A DNA stretch of 64,000 bases from the human T2T-CHM13v2.0 reference genome, Homo sapiens, in NCBI RefSeq assembly GCF_009914755.1, contig NC_060943.1; one strand, given 5' to 3'. A model generated the notes under the pieces. It did not search any database and was not told the DNA's origin. It saw nothing but the letters and a program-made list of their open reading frames with translations. This document shows, in pieces, positions 1-37,427 of the stretch. Every line of letters begins with the position of its first letter. Positions within the stretch are counted from its first letter, which is position 1. The position numbers and the translations under genes are program-made.

Positions 1-188
1 TAACTTGCCCTCTCTGACCCTTGTTTTCCATCCCTCCTTTACTGCCCGCACCACAACCACCCAGGTAGGGCTTTGCTGGGCCCAGGGTGGGCCAGGAAAT
101 TGCATCTTTAGGAAGGGGTAGATTGAATGCTGGGAGCCCTGGGAGGGCATGTCCTGAGGATTGGGGTGATCAGTCCGGGTCTCTGCAG

Positions 189-321
189 TGACCCCTCCCA
201 GAGTGACCCTGAGACCAAAGACTTCTGGCTCAACATGGCAGCTCTGACCGAAGCCCTGCAGCGCCAGGCAGAGCAGAACCCCACTGCCTCCTACTACAAC
301 GTGGTGCTGCTGCGATACCAG
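189..321 (+). CDS. FCHO1: FCHO1 internal exon (mu-homology domain)
   Basis: ctctgcAG acceptor; encodes [44 protein letters not shown]; donor CAG|GTGCGC. Confidence 0.93.
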
Positions 322-810
322 GTGCGCCACCCGCATGGGGCCGGGAGGAGGTGGTGGAGTGGGGGACACGGTGAGCCGGCAGCAGACATGGAGGCGCCTG
401 CGTGTTGGCCAGGCTGGTCTCGAATTCCTGACCTCAAGAGATCCAATCTGTGAGAGCCGATGAGCTGGAGGGAGTAGGCAGTGTGGGTCGGGAATGAACG
501 GTGGAGGAGTAGGCAGTGTGGAAGAGCATGCATCCCCTGTTGCAGATAGTATGTTTCTGTGAACTAGAAGCAGCCCAGCCCCGGAACCTTACACTTGAAC
601 TTCCCTGGGAGACTTTGTTAGAATGAGGCGCTCTCCTGCCCCCTGCTGGAAACCTGGTGTAATACAGCCTCTCATCCATCAAATCTCCCTGTGACTGGAC
701 CCCCTTGGGGCGGTGCGTGCATCGCAGGGTCAAGGTGGTTGAATAGCGCATGGTGTGGCAAGACAGGATGGCCCAAGCTGTGTCCTCTCTCTCATTCTCA
801 TTCTTCCTAG

Positions 811-1010
811 TTCTCCCGCCCGGGTCCCCAGTCTGTGCCTCTGCAGCTCAGTGCCCACTGGCAGTGTGGAGCCACCCTCACCCAGGTCTCAGTGGAGTAC
901 GGCTACCGGCCCGGTGCCACGGCTGTGCCCACACCACTCACGAACGTCCAGATCCTGCTGCCTGTGGGGGAGCCTGTGACCAACGTCCGCTTGCAGCCGG
1001 CTGCCACCTG
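811..1010 (+). CDS. FCHO1: FCHO1 internal exon
   Basis: Pyrimidine tract ending ttcctAG; FSRPGPQSVPLQLSAHWQCG...NVRLQPAATW; donor TG|GTGAGG; phase fits neighbours. Confidence 0.93.
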
Positions 1011-1154
1011 GTGAGGGCTTGCGGGAGGCCAAGGAAAACTCAGCAGTTTCCCCCATAACCCCAGACCTTCTCCCTGATGCATTGATTAAAGGGTGCACCC
1101 TCGGCCTGACCGTTAACTGTGAGCCCACCCTGCTTAGCACTAAGGGTGATGTTA

Positions 1155-2523
<1,369 letters not shown>

Positions 2524-2659
2524 TCACAGATGAGGAAATTGAGGTGAAGTGGGGGAGAAGGTTTGTTGGGGTCACACAGCCAGGAGGCAGCTGAGGCAGG
2601 ACCCTGGGCTCTCAGCATCCTCTCTGGGGAAGCCCTGATTAAGATTCTTTCTCTGCCAG

Positions 2660-2715
2660 GAACCTGGAGGAGAAGCGGCTCACTTGGAGGCTTCCAGATG
2701 TGTCCGAGGCAGGCG
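2660..2715 (+). CDS. FCHO1: FCHO1 internal exon
   Basis: ttctctgccAG acceptor; NLEEKRLTWRLPDVSEAG; donor G|GTGAGC. Confidence 0.92.
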
Positions 2716-2843
2716 GTGAGCTGTGGTTGTGTATGAGGGCTGGGTGGGAGGGACTGGGGTCAGGTGGGAGGCACTTATTTATGTTGGGGAAGAATTGGGG
2801 ACATACTGAGGGCGGGCAAGTATGGGCATTGAGGAAGTCTTTA

Positions 2844-3513
<670 letters not shown>

Positions 3514-3767
3514 AGCTGAAGGAGAGGGCGTCCCAGGGCCAGATGGCCAGACACAGCAGGTGCAAAGGCCCTGAGGCAGGACTCCCTTGCTAGCCATACA
3601 AAGCCCAGTGATGCCAGGAGAGACAGATGCAGGGGATCAAAGGGAGGTCTGATGGGGCACATAAAGGCCACAGAACAGAGGGCTTCAGGTGTGGGCCAAA
3701 GATGAGCCTGGTTCACAGCTGGGACGGGGGCTGGTGCCAGGGCGCAGCTGACTGCAGGTCTCCCCAG

Positions 3768-3932
3768 GTTCTGGCCGCCTCTCTGCCAGCTGGGAGCCGC
3801 TCTCAGGGCCCAGCACACCCAGCCCCGTGGCTGCACAGTTCACCAGCGAGGGGACCACTCTGTCGGGCGTGGACTTGGAACTGGTGGGCAGCGGTTACCG
3901 CATGTCGCTGGTGAAGAGGAGGTTTGCCACAG
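3768..3932 (+). CDS. FCHO1: FCHO1 penultimate exon
   Basis: tccccAG acceptor; [54 protein letters not shown]; donor AG|GTACTC. Confidence 0.93.
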
Positions 3933-4369
3933 GTACTCCCCAACCCTGCTGCTGGGTGACCTCAGGAGCCGAGATCTTACAGGGGCAAGCCCCGGGGTGT
4001 GGGGAGGGATTGGGGTGTGGGGATCCTTGGGAAAGATAGGTGGGTGTTGGGGCCAGGAGACCCCAGATGGGGGGCACAGGTGGGCAAGGAGGCAGGGCCC
4101 TGTGTATCTGGGGCTGGCCCTTGGAGGACGTCCTTGGAAGGACCCCAGCCAGGGAGCCCGAAGTCCCCCCTGCCACCCCCTCCTCCAGCCCCACCCTGTT
4201 CTCCTGCCCCCAACAAGGGGCTCCTGGGGCCCAGTGGCAACAGGGACTATGAGTTACAGGGGTGTTTTGAAGAGGACAAGGATGATTGAAGCATCCCAGG
4301 GTCAGAGCCGGGGAACCCCTCCCGTACCCCTCCTCCCCACCCCTCCCCCTCACAGCTGCACCCCCACAG

Positions 4370-4392
4370 GGATGTACCTGGTGAGCTGCTGA
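4370..4392 (+). CDS. FCHO1: FCHO1 last exon, coding part (GMYLVSC-stop); 3'UTR to about 4640
   Basis: cccacAG acceptor; completes the muniscin C-terminus KRRFATGMYLVSC; alternative acceptor at 4356. Confidence 0.9.
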
Positions 4393-4605
4393 ACCCGCAA
4401 ATGCTGCTGCCCCAGCTCTACACTGCGCCCTGGTGCTGGCTGACCACCCCCTGCCCTCCTGCCGGACCCTGGGGCCTCCCACCCCAGCCTCCCTGAGGCC
4501 CATACTCCACGGAGAGGAGCCCCATGCCCAGCCTGGCTGAGCCCGAGATTCGCTCCTCCCCCTCATGCCAACCCCACACAGGTCCCGGCCTTTTAATGTT
4601 CTTTG

Positions 4606-4635
4606 AATAAACACTTTATTTTCTAATAAAATAAA
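4606..4635 (+). terminator. FCHO1: FCHO1 polyadenylation signals
   Basis: AATAAA at 4606-4611, 4625-4630 and 4630-4635. Confidence 0.85.
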
Positions 4636-4879
4636 AAAGGAAACCTTTTCCTGCTCCAGGAAGTATCCTTTGCGTTGCCAGAGAGGGGAGGAAGAGAAGG
4701 TGGATGGATACGAGAGACCTAATGTACCTCCCTCCCTGCACTGCGCTCAACCGGTACAGGGCCATTCTGGGAGAGAAAGAACAACACAGATACCCCAGCC
4801 CCATGGGCTCAGAGGTGGGCTATAGGGAGGGAGGAGGACTACAGAAGCCCAGAAAGGGGTGTCAGGAGTCTTCCCAAGC

Positions 4880-5090
4880 AGTCAGGAAGACTTTCTAAGG
4901 AGGGGGCATTATAAATGAGGTTTTGAGGTATGAGTAGGAGTTTGCAAGATAGGAATGGGCATCCCAAGCAAAGTGATGGAAGGTTGTTAGTTCAATGAGG
5001 AAGCAATTAGTCAACCTACAAATATTAATTGAGTATCTACTGTATACCATGTAGCAGAGAGAGAGCTATGAGCAGGACAAAGTTCTTGGA
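4880..5090. mobile_element. LINE-2 fragments (probable)
   Basis: gtatgagtaggagttt and aaatattaattgagtatctactgt resemble L2 consensus motifs. Confidence 0.55.
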
Positions 5091-5699
5091 ACCCAGGAAG
5101 TGGAGATAGGAAGCCTGAGTGAGGAGCCTGCTTGGCGGCCACTGGCTGTGTGACTTTAAGCACGGGACTTGAGCCTCAGCTCATCTGCAACTCACCTCAC
5201 TGGATATCTGTGGGAGGTCACACACTTAGAAGAGTGCCAACTACAGGGCAAAACCCCCACTAGTACCAGGCAGCTTTGGGAGCCCCAGGAGGAGGGTGGA
5301 CCTTGGTGCAGGTGTGCAAGAATGGCCCACTGGGGAGGGCAGGACAGAAGCAGTAACAGCAGACTGCAGTGGGGAGCAGGTCTGAGCCCAGTGGACAGTC
5401 TTGGGTCCTGATGGATATTCAGGGAACCAGGGCCCGTGTTCCTGACCTTGAGGCTGTACAGACCCCAGGGAGCAAGCCCAGACTGGATGAAGCTCAGAAG
5501 GAAGGAAGTAGGAGGCAGGATTTGGCCTGAGACTTGCTGTGCGCTGTCTCTGATCATCCCACCCTGTCCTCCAAAGAGAGAGTGCCTCTGGCTGTGCGTC
5601 AGTTTCCTTGTCTGTAAGATGGGAGGAATCCTGTAGTTGGGAGAGGTTCAGGGAGCATTCTTGGCACAAAGCAAGTGCATAATTAACATTGGCTGAGAG

Positions 5700-7380
<1,681 letters not shown>

Positions 7381-7684
7381 GCAAACAAAAAAGCGCAGAA
7401 GGCACTTTTCCCAGGTGTGGCCTCCTAACTGCCCAGCCTTCCAGAGCAGGTGTGACGTGACCTATCTCAGAAGAGTGAATTCCAAGAGAGAGGGCGCGGA
7501 ACCCGTTAAACCTGCCAACCCCGGGCAGGCGTGATGCCATTATGCAGTTTACATGCCCTGGTCTCTTCCACCCGGGTGGCCTTAAAACCTCAGCTGTGGT
7601 ACAGAGTGATCCACTGGCACAGCACCATCAACTGGGCCACATGTCAGAGGCCACCCCCAGCTGATAAGTGGCCTAATTGGATTT

Positions 7685-8910
<1,226 letters not shown>

Positions 8911-8972
8911 TTCTAGTCCGGATTTGAACCCGGGCCCTCCAGCACCAGAATTCACTCTATTGCGTCCAGTGA

Positions 8973-10770
<1,798 letters not shown>

Positions 10771-10859
10771 CTTCAGGAATCTTTGAACTCCCCGCAGAGA
10801 GCAGAGGTGCCGCAAGGTTTAACCTGCCTCCCTCCCTCCTTATCGCCATGGGCTTATCC

Positions 10860-11620
10860 AATCATTTCTTCACGGAACACACGTGGGCCAACGCTGACCG
10901 GGCTCTGTGCCGGGAACCCGCAAGGCGCTGCTTGTTCATCTCCAGCCACGGGGAGCTCATTCCCTAGCAGCGGGCCAGACCCAAGGTGGGGTCGTGAGCC
11001 CCGAGAGGGGCGAGGGTGGCAAGAGCGGGATGGCAGAGGTGGCAGCCGGGACCGGAGAGGGGAAGAGGCATGGCCGGGGAGGGAGGAGCCGGCAGAGAAC
11101 TTCGCCTGGGCCACCAGGAAACTCAGCCGAGCTGGGAAGAGGGGGACTGGCAAGCGGCCAAGGCGGAGGGAGGCAGGAAGGCGTGAGGCCCGGTGGGAGA
11201 GAGGAAGCGGGAGAGGGGCGGGAGCTCTGGCTCAGGTAAAAACTCTTTCTTCGGCTCGCGAGCTGAGAGGAGCAGGTAGAGGGGCAGAGGCGGGACTGTC
11301 GTCTGGGGGTGAGTGTCGGCAGCCCCCGGAGGATCTGGCGGACCCCAGTGGTGGGGGTTTGGGGGTGGGGAAGTTGTGGCTCTGGAGAAGCCCCTGCCGG
11401 TCTCCACCGCGCATACCCTGCAGATGTGGGAACATTCGGGAGCCCCGAGTCTCGAGAACCCGGTTGCCCTCACCCATCCGTAATTGTCTCCGGCGTTCCC
11501 AAGGCCAGCTCGGACCTGGGTCGGGGAGGAAGCCTCCCCCACAGCTGGCGACCCGGGACCCCGGCGCCCCTCCCAGATTGGGCGGGATCAGACCCCCGAG
11601 GCGGATGCCGCTTAGTCAGA
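10860..11620 (+). promoter_or_regulatory. B3GNT3: B3GNT3 CpG-rich promoter
   Basis: High CpG density, GC box GGGGCGGGAG at about 11215, surrounds exon 1. Confidence 0.75.
11242..11308 (+). other. B3GNT3: B3GNT3 non-coding exon 1 (start approximate)
   Basis: Strong donor GGG|GTGAGT at 11309 inside the CpG-rich region; matches the recalled mRNA 5'UTR. Confidence 0.75.
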
Positions 11621-12184
11621 CTTGGCTGTTACTGTTACCTGTGTTGTTGAGATTATTGGCCCCTTGGTTGGGAGTATCTGGGCAAGCCAGCGCTGGGGTC
11701 CCCGGTTGGGTTTGGGAACTGCAGGTGACCCCCAGTCTCTCCCTGCGGTTCCGGTGCTGCAGGCCCTGCCAGGTGGCTGGGCGGCATTCCAGGGGCCCTG
11801 GCTGCGTGGCATGGACACATTGCTGAACCGGCCTCAGTTTCCCCTCCGTGAGGTGGAACAATGAACCAGCTGGGATGAGGATGCCCGAAGCGTTTAGTCA
11901 AAGGAAATTTTTGTGATGAGGTGTACTGCTGGCCACTGGGGGCCCTTGCGTGACTGGCGTTAGGTCTCTGAGCCTCAGTTTCCCTGTGTGTTAAGGGGGG
12001 GTCTCATGGCATGGGACCTTGGCGAGGATGAGTTGAGTGGATAGGAGCTGTGGCCACTCAGTGGGTGCCCAGGGACAGTCAGCTGTCATCATAATTATAT
12101 TAATTATGTCTGTAGCCACTGTTCAGATTCATTCCTGTTCCAAGAATCCCGACCATCTTTTCCTCTGGGTCAGATTTAAACTTT

Positions 12185-23692
<11,508 letters not shown>

Positions 23693-23924
23693 TCAGAGCC
23701 AACAGGGGTTGGAGTGCTTTGAAATGGGTCTTGCAAGGGGTGGAGGAGTTAAGTGGGGGGTGAATTTCAATATTTTGCCAACCTGAGCAACTGTACAGGT
23801 GCAACCAGATGTTGGGGGCCACAGGAAAAGCGCTTTGCTCATGGCGAGTGTTCAGTGAGTTTTGTTTTCCACAGGAGCCGCCCAGGAGGCTCCTCAGGCC
23901 GACCCCAGACCCTGGCTGGCCAGG

Positions 23925-24491
23925 ATGAAGTATCTCCGGCACCGGCGGCCCAATGCCACCCTCATTCTGGCCATCGGCGCTTTCACCCTCCTCCTCTTCA
24001 GTCTGCTAGTGTCACCACCCACCTGCAAGGTCCAGGAGCAGCCACCGGCGATCCCCGAGGCCCTGGCCTGGCCCACTCCACCCACCCGCCCAGCCCCGGC
24101 CCCGTGCCATGCCAACACCTCTATGGTCACCCACCCGGACTTCGCCACGCAGCCGCAGCACGTTCAGAACTTCCTCCTGTACAGACACTGCCGCCACTTT
24201 CCCCTGCTGCAGGACGTGCCCCCCTCTAAGTGCGCGCAGCCGGTCTTCCTGCTGCTGGTGATCAAGTCCTCCCCTAGCAACTATGTGCGCCGCGAGCTGC
24301 TGCGGCGCACGTGGGGCCGCGAGCGCAAGGTACGGGGTTTGCAGCTGCGCCTCCTCTTCCTGGTGGGCACAGCCTCCAACCCGCACGAGGCCCGCAAGGT
24401 CAACCGGCTGCTGGAGCTGGAGGCACAGACTCACGGAGACATCCTGCAGTGGGACTTCCACGACTCCTTCTTCAACCTCACGCTCAAGCAG
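23925..24491 (+). CDS. B3GNT3: B3GNT3 exon 2 coding part (exon starts 23875): beta-1,3-N-acetylglucosaminyltransferase 3, aa 1-189
   Basis: [29 protein letters not shown] type II signal anchor; GT31 motifs [19 protein letters not shown] and [17 protein letters not shown]; donor CAG|GTGCGC. Confidence 0.97.
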
Positions 24492-24949
24492 GTGCGCTGG
24501 ACTGGGGTCACCTGATCGGGGCCACCTGTCCTTCTTGTCCAAATTACCACCCACTCCTGAGGGACCCAGGGGACCAGAAGTCCTCGTCAGTCCATCACAG
24601 CCCATTCTGCCCCTCTGCTGTCCTCACCAGCCTCGTGGAGACCCAAAATGGTCTTCTTCTAGGAGAGGCTAGGGGGAAGGGCAGAGGAGCTAGGTTACTA
24701 GCACAGAGCTCAAGCCTGATGATGCGGATTCGAATCCAAGCTCTGCCTCTTACTTGGTGTTCGACCTTGGAGGAGTTCATTCACCTCTCTGTGCCTCACT
24801 TTTCTCACCTGGAAAATGGGATGTGAATGAGTCCCACCCACCTCTAAGGGCTACTGTGAGGTTTACAGGAGATGGAGTTTATAAGGCACCCAGACCAGTG
24901 CTGGATGTCCAACTCAACTTGGCAATGACGGGGGACACATCTCCTTGTT

Positions 24950-27619
<2,670 letters not shown>

Positions 27620-27686
27620 CTAATAGAGACCCAAGGCCAATTTCTCCAGCCCTCAAGCAAGCATGCCCTGTCCACCCTGCCTGCAG

Positions 27687-28238
27687 GTCCTGTTCTTACA
27701 GTGGCAGGAGACAAGGTGCGCCAACGCCAGCTTCGTGCTCAACGGGGATGATGACGTCTTTGCACACACAGACAACATGGTCTTCTACCTGCAGGACCAT
27801 GACCCTGGCCGCCACCTCTTCGTGGGGCAACTGATCCAAAACGTGGGCCCCATCCGGGCTTTTTGGAGCAAGTACTATGTGCCAGAGGTGGTGACTCAGA
27901 ATGAGCGGTACCCACCCTATTGTGGGGGTGGTGGCTTCTTGCTGTCCCGCTTCACGGCCGCTGCCCTGCGCCGTGCTGCCCATGTCTTGGACATCTTCCC
28001 CATTGATGATGTCTTCCTGGGTATGTGTCTGGAGCTTGAGGGACTGAAGCCTGCCTCCCACAGCGGCATCCGCACGTCTGGCGTGCGGGCTCCATCGCAA
28101 CACCTGTCCTCCTTTGACCCCTGCTTCTACCGAGACCTGCTGCTGGTGCACCGCTTCCTACCTTATGAGATGCTGCTCATGTGGGATGCGCTGAACCAGC
28201 CCAACCTCACCTGCGGCAATCAGACACAGATCTACTGA
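27687..28238 (+). CDS. B3GNT3: B3GNT3 exon 3 coding part, aa 190-372
   Basis: ctgcAG acceptor; GDDDVF (DxD), [18 protein letters not shown]; 567+552 nt = 372 aa plus stop. Confidence 0.97.
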   Translation, partial: VLFLQWQETRCANASFVLNGDDDVFAHTDNMVFYLQDHDPGRHLFVGQLIQNVGPIRAFWSKYYVPEVVTQNERYPPYCGGGGFLLSRFTAAALRRAAHVLDIFPIDDVFLGMCLELEGLKPASHSGIRTSGVRAPSQHLSSFDPCFYRDLLLVHRFLPYEMLLMWDALNQPNLTCGNQTQIY

Positions 28239-29170
28239 GTCAGCATCAGGGTCCCCAGCCTCTGGGCTCCTGTTTCCATAGGAAGGGGCGACACCTTCCT
28301 CCCAGGAAGCTGAGACCTTTGTGGTCTGAGCATAAGGGAGTGCCAGGGAAGGTTTGAGGTTTGATGAGTGAATATTCTGGCTGGCGAACTCCTACACATC
28401 CTTCAAAACCCACCTGGTACTGTTCCAGCATCTTCCCTGGATGGCTGGAGGAACTCCAGAAAATATCCATCTTCTTTTTGTGGCTGCTAATGGCAGAAGT
28501 GCCTGTGCTAGAGTTCCAACTGTGGATGCATCCGTCCCGTTTGAGTCAAAGTCTTACTTCCCTGCTCTCACCTACTCACAGACGGGATGCTAAGCAGTGC
28601 ACCTGCAGTGGTTTAATGGCAGATAAGCTCCGTCTGCAGTTCCAGGCCAGCCAGAAACTCCTGTGTCCACATAGAGCTGACGTGAGAAATATCTTTCAGC
28701 CCAGGAGAGAGGGGTCCTGATCTTAACCCTTTCCTGGGTCTCAGACAACTCAGAAGGTTGGGGGGATACCAGAGAGGTGGTGGAATAGGACCGCCCCCTC
28801 CTTACTTGTGGGATCAAATGCTGTAATGGTGGAGGTGTGGGCAGAGGAGGGAGGCAAGTGTCTTTGAAAGTTGTGAGAGCTCAGAGTTTCTGGGGTCCTC
28901 ATTAGGAGCCCCCATCCCTGTGTTCCCCAAGAATTCAGAGAACAGCACTGGGGCTGGAATGATCTTTAATGGGCCCAAGGCCAACAGGCATATGCCTCAC
29001 TACTGCCTGGAGAAGGGAGAATTCAGGTCCTCCAGCAGCCTCCCTCACCCAGTATGTTTTACAGATTACGGGGGGACCGGGTGAGCCAGTGACCCCCTGC
29101 AGCCCCCAGCTTCAGGCCTCAGTGTCTGCCAGTCAAGCTTCACAGGCATTGTGATGGGGCAGCCTTGGGG

Positions 29171-29213
29171 AATATAAAATTTTGTGAAGACTTGGAGATC
29201 TTTTTTTTTTTTT
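29171..29213 (+). terminator. B3GNT3: Probable non-canonical B3GNT3 poly(A) site
   Basis: Overlapping AATATA/TATAAA at 29171-29178 followed by a T-run at 29201-29213. Confidence 0.55.
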
Positions 29214-29307
29214 AAGCAAATTTACAAGTTTCAACAGACAAGTCCACATTCATCCCTAAAAGTCTCATTTTCCAGTAGAAAATATACACTGGTAAAAACG
29301 GGGCATG

Positions 29308-32310
<3,003 letters not shown>

Positions 32311-32633
32311 GACTAATGTGTTTTGTGATGATCATTTTCTGACATTTGTTTTGTGTCTAATGTCTACCATTCTAAGTCCTCAATGCTAAGGACTCCCATG
32401 GGCCTTGGTAGAGACCTCGGTTCAAGTCCTGCACTTACCCTTCCCTGTCTGACCTTGGCAAGCAGCCCTCTCCCTGGGCCTCAGTTTCCCCACTTTGCGT
32501 TGCAATGCCTCTCTAGTTATCAAGCTCCTGGAAGTGCCGGTGGGTCCATGGCTGCTGGGGGACAAGCCCACACAGGGACTGACTGAGGCTTGTCCCTTTT
32601 TCTAGAGAAAATGCAGGAAGCTGCTTTGGGTCG

Positions 32634-32639
32634 TTTATT
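32634..32639 (-). terminator. INSL3: INSL3 poly(A) signal
   Basis: AATAAA on the minus strand about 320 nt after the stop codon. Confidence 0.85.
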
Positions 32640-32961
32640 TACTAAGAGACAGCAAGAAGGGGTGTTACACATGCAGGGAGCGGAGCGTCTGGGGCTCCTC
32701 TGGAGTGAGGACATTTGGCTGTCAGTGTCCAGCATCTGTGAAAGCGGGGATCCTCCAAGCCAGGGCTAGGGTGTGATTTATTCTGCAGTTGACTCCACAG
32801 GCTGCAGGTGGCATTGGTCTGGGGTAGATAGTGAGCACCCATCCCAGGAGGTAATCAAAGGCCTGTAGATGCGAGACTTTATGGTGCTGTGTGGCCTCAG
32901 GAGCTCACCAGACCAGACCCTCTGGGCCTCAGGCCACTCTGAGGCTGCACCCAAGGAGGAA

Positions 32962-33167
32962 TCAGTAGGGACAGAGGGTCAGCAGGTCTTGTTGGGTACA
33001 GCCACTGAGGCAGCAGTAGCGTGCAGGGTTGGTGGCAGCTGCACGGTGGTGGCGGTGATGGTGAGAGGTCTGGGGCAGGGGCTGCAGGCCAGGTCCCAGC
33101 GTGAGATTACTGTCGGCCACCAGCCCATGGAGCAGATGTCGTCTCTCCAGCCACTGTAGCAACTCAC
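32962..33167 (-). CDS. INSL3: INSL3 exon 2 (C-peptide and A chain)
   Basis: [14 protein letters not shown]...[33 protein letters not shown]; insulin-family CC-x3-C-x8-C pattern. Confidence 0.97.
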
Positions 33168-33303
33168 CTGGGGACAGAGTGAAACTCAGCTGGAACGGAA
33201 ACGACAGAGGACATGCTACCCCATGCTGCATGTGCACGAATCCACACACATCCCACTGAGTAACCCACCAAACACTCATGCATGCAGATAAAAAGTGAGC
33301 ACT

Positions 33304-33933
<630 letters not shown>

Positions 33934-34496
33934 GAGCACTTATTAAGCACCTACTGTACGCCAGGCACCTGGTTAATCCTCTCATCCACTCAACTCATGT
34001 CCACACTCACATCCCCAGCTGCGTGGGTCCCCATATGCCACCTGAGTGCCCCATGCCCTGCCCAGGGAGTGTCGGGGGTCTTGGAGCTACAGATGGTGTC
34101 AGTTTCCCCAACAGGTCCAAGGGTCCGTGAGACACCCAGAGCAGGTCAGAGACCCACCCACAGACTCCTCGTGGTACAGAGACATGCAGGGGTGTACATG
34201 TGTCTGTGGGTCCACTTCCTGGTCACCCACGCATGTGTGGTGGACCCACAGACACACACACACCCCTACGAGGACACACCCTTGCAGACCGCCTCCCCTG
34301 GATCCCTAACACCGCAAGTGGAGTGGCACACAGAGACATGTGGACACGTGTTAACACATCTGCACAAACTTGTCGTATATCCCTGCACCAGGGCCAGGAC
34401 TAGGGTACAGACAGGGAGGCACGAAGCCATCAGGATATTTTTTTGAGGCCAGGCACCGTGGCTCACACCTGTCATCCCAGCATTTTGGGAAGCCTA

Positions 34497-34755
<259 letters not shown>

Positions 34756-34802
34756 TTAGAGGGTTGTTTACCCTCTACCCAATCTGCAGTTTACAATTGA
34801 CA

Positions 34803-37309
<2,507 letters not shown>

Positions 37310-37427
37310 TGAGCCCTGGGCACATGCATGCAAACCTGCCCACCTCCCTGCACGTGTGCATCTGCGCCTACGTGCACCTGCCCCACCTCGGCTTCCCAGA
37401 GCGCTGTCCCTGCCCGTCCCCACTCAC

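Noticed and set aside
8918-8945. tRNA-like B-box ggatttgaacccggg (also gggttcgaatcc near 10191)
   Set aside because: No cloverleaf visible; these are the tRNA-derived heads of MIR SINEs
10783-11826. 347-aa ORF across the B3GNT3 promoter
   Set aside because: Non-ATG start, G/R/P-biased, no recognisable domain, crosses the exon-1 donor; expected in stop-poor GC-rich DNA
23862-23924. N-terminal extensions in the ORF track for B3GNT3 (also INSL3 from 37707)
   Set aside because: The starts are non-ATG and lie in an intron or upstream of the TATA box
24012-24605. Antisense ORF over B3GNT3 exon 2 (also 27696-28151 over exon 3, and plus-strand ORFs over JAK3 exons)
   Set aside because: Shadow frames of GC3-rich coding sequence
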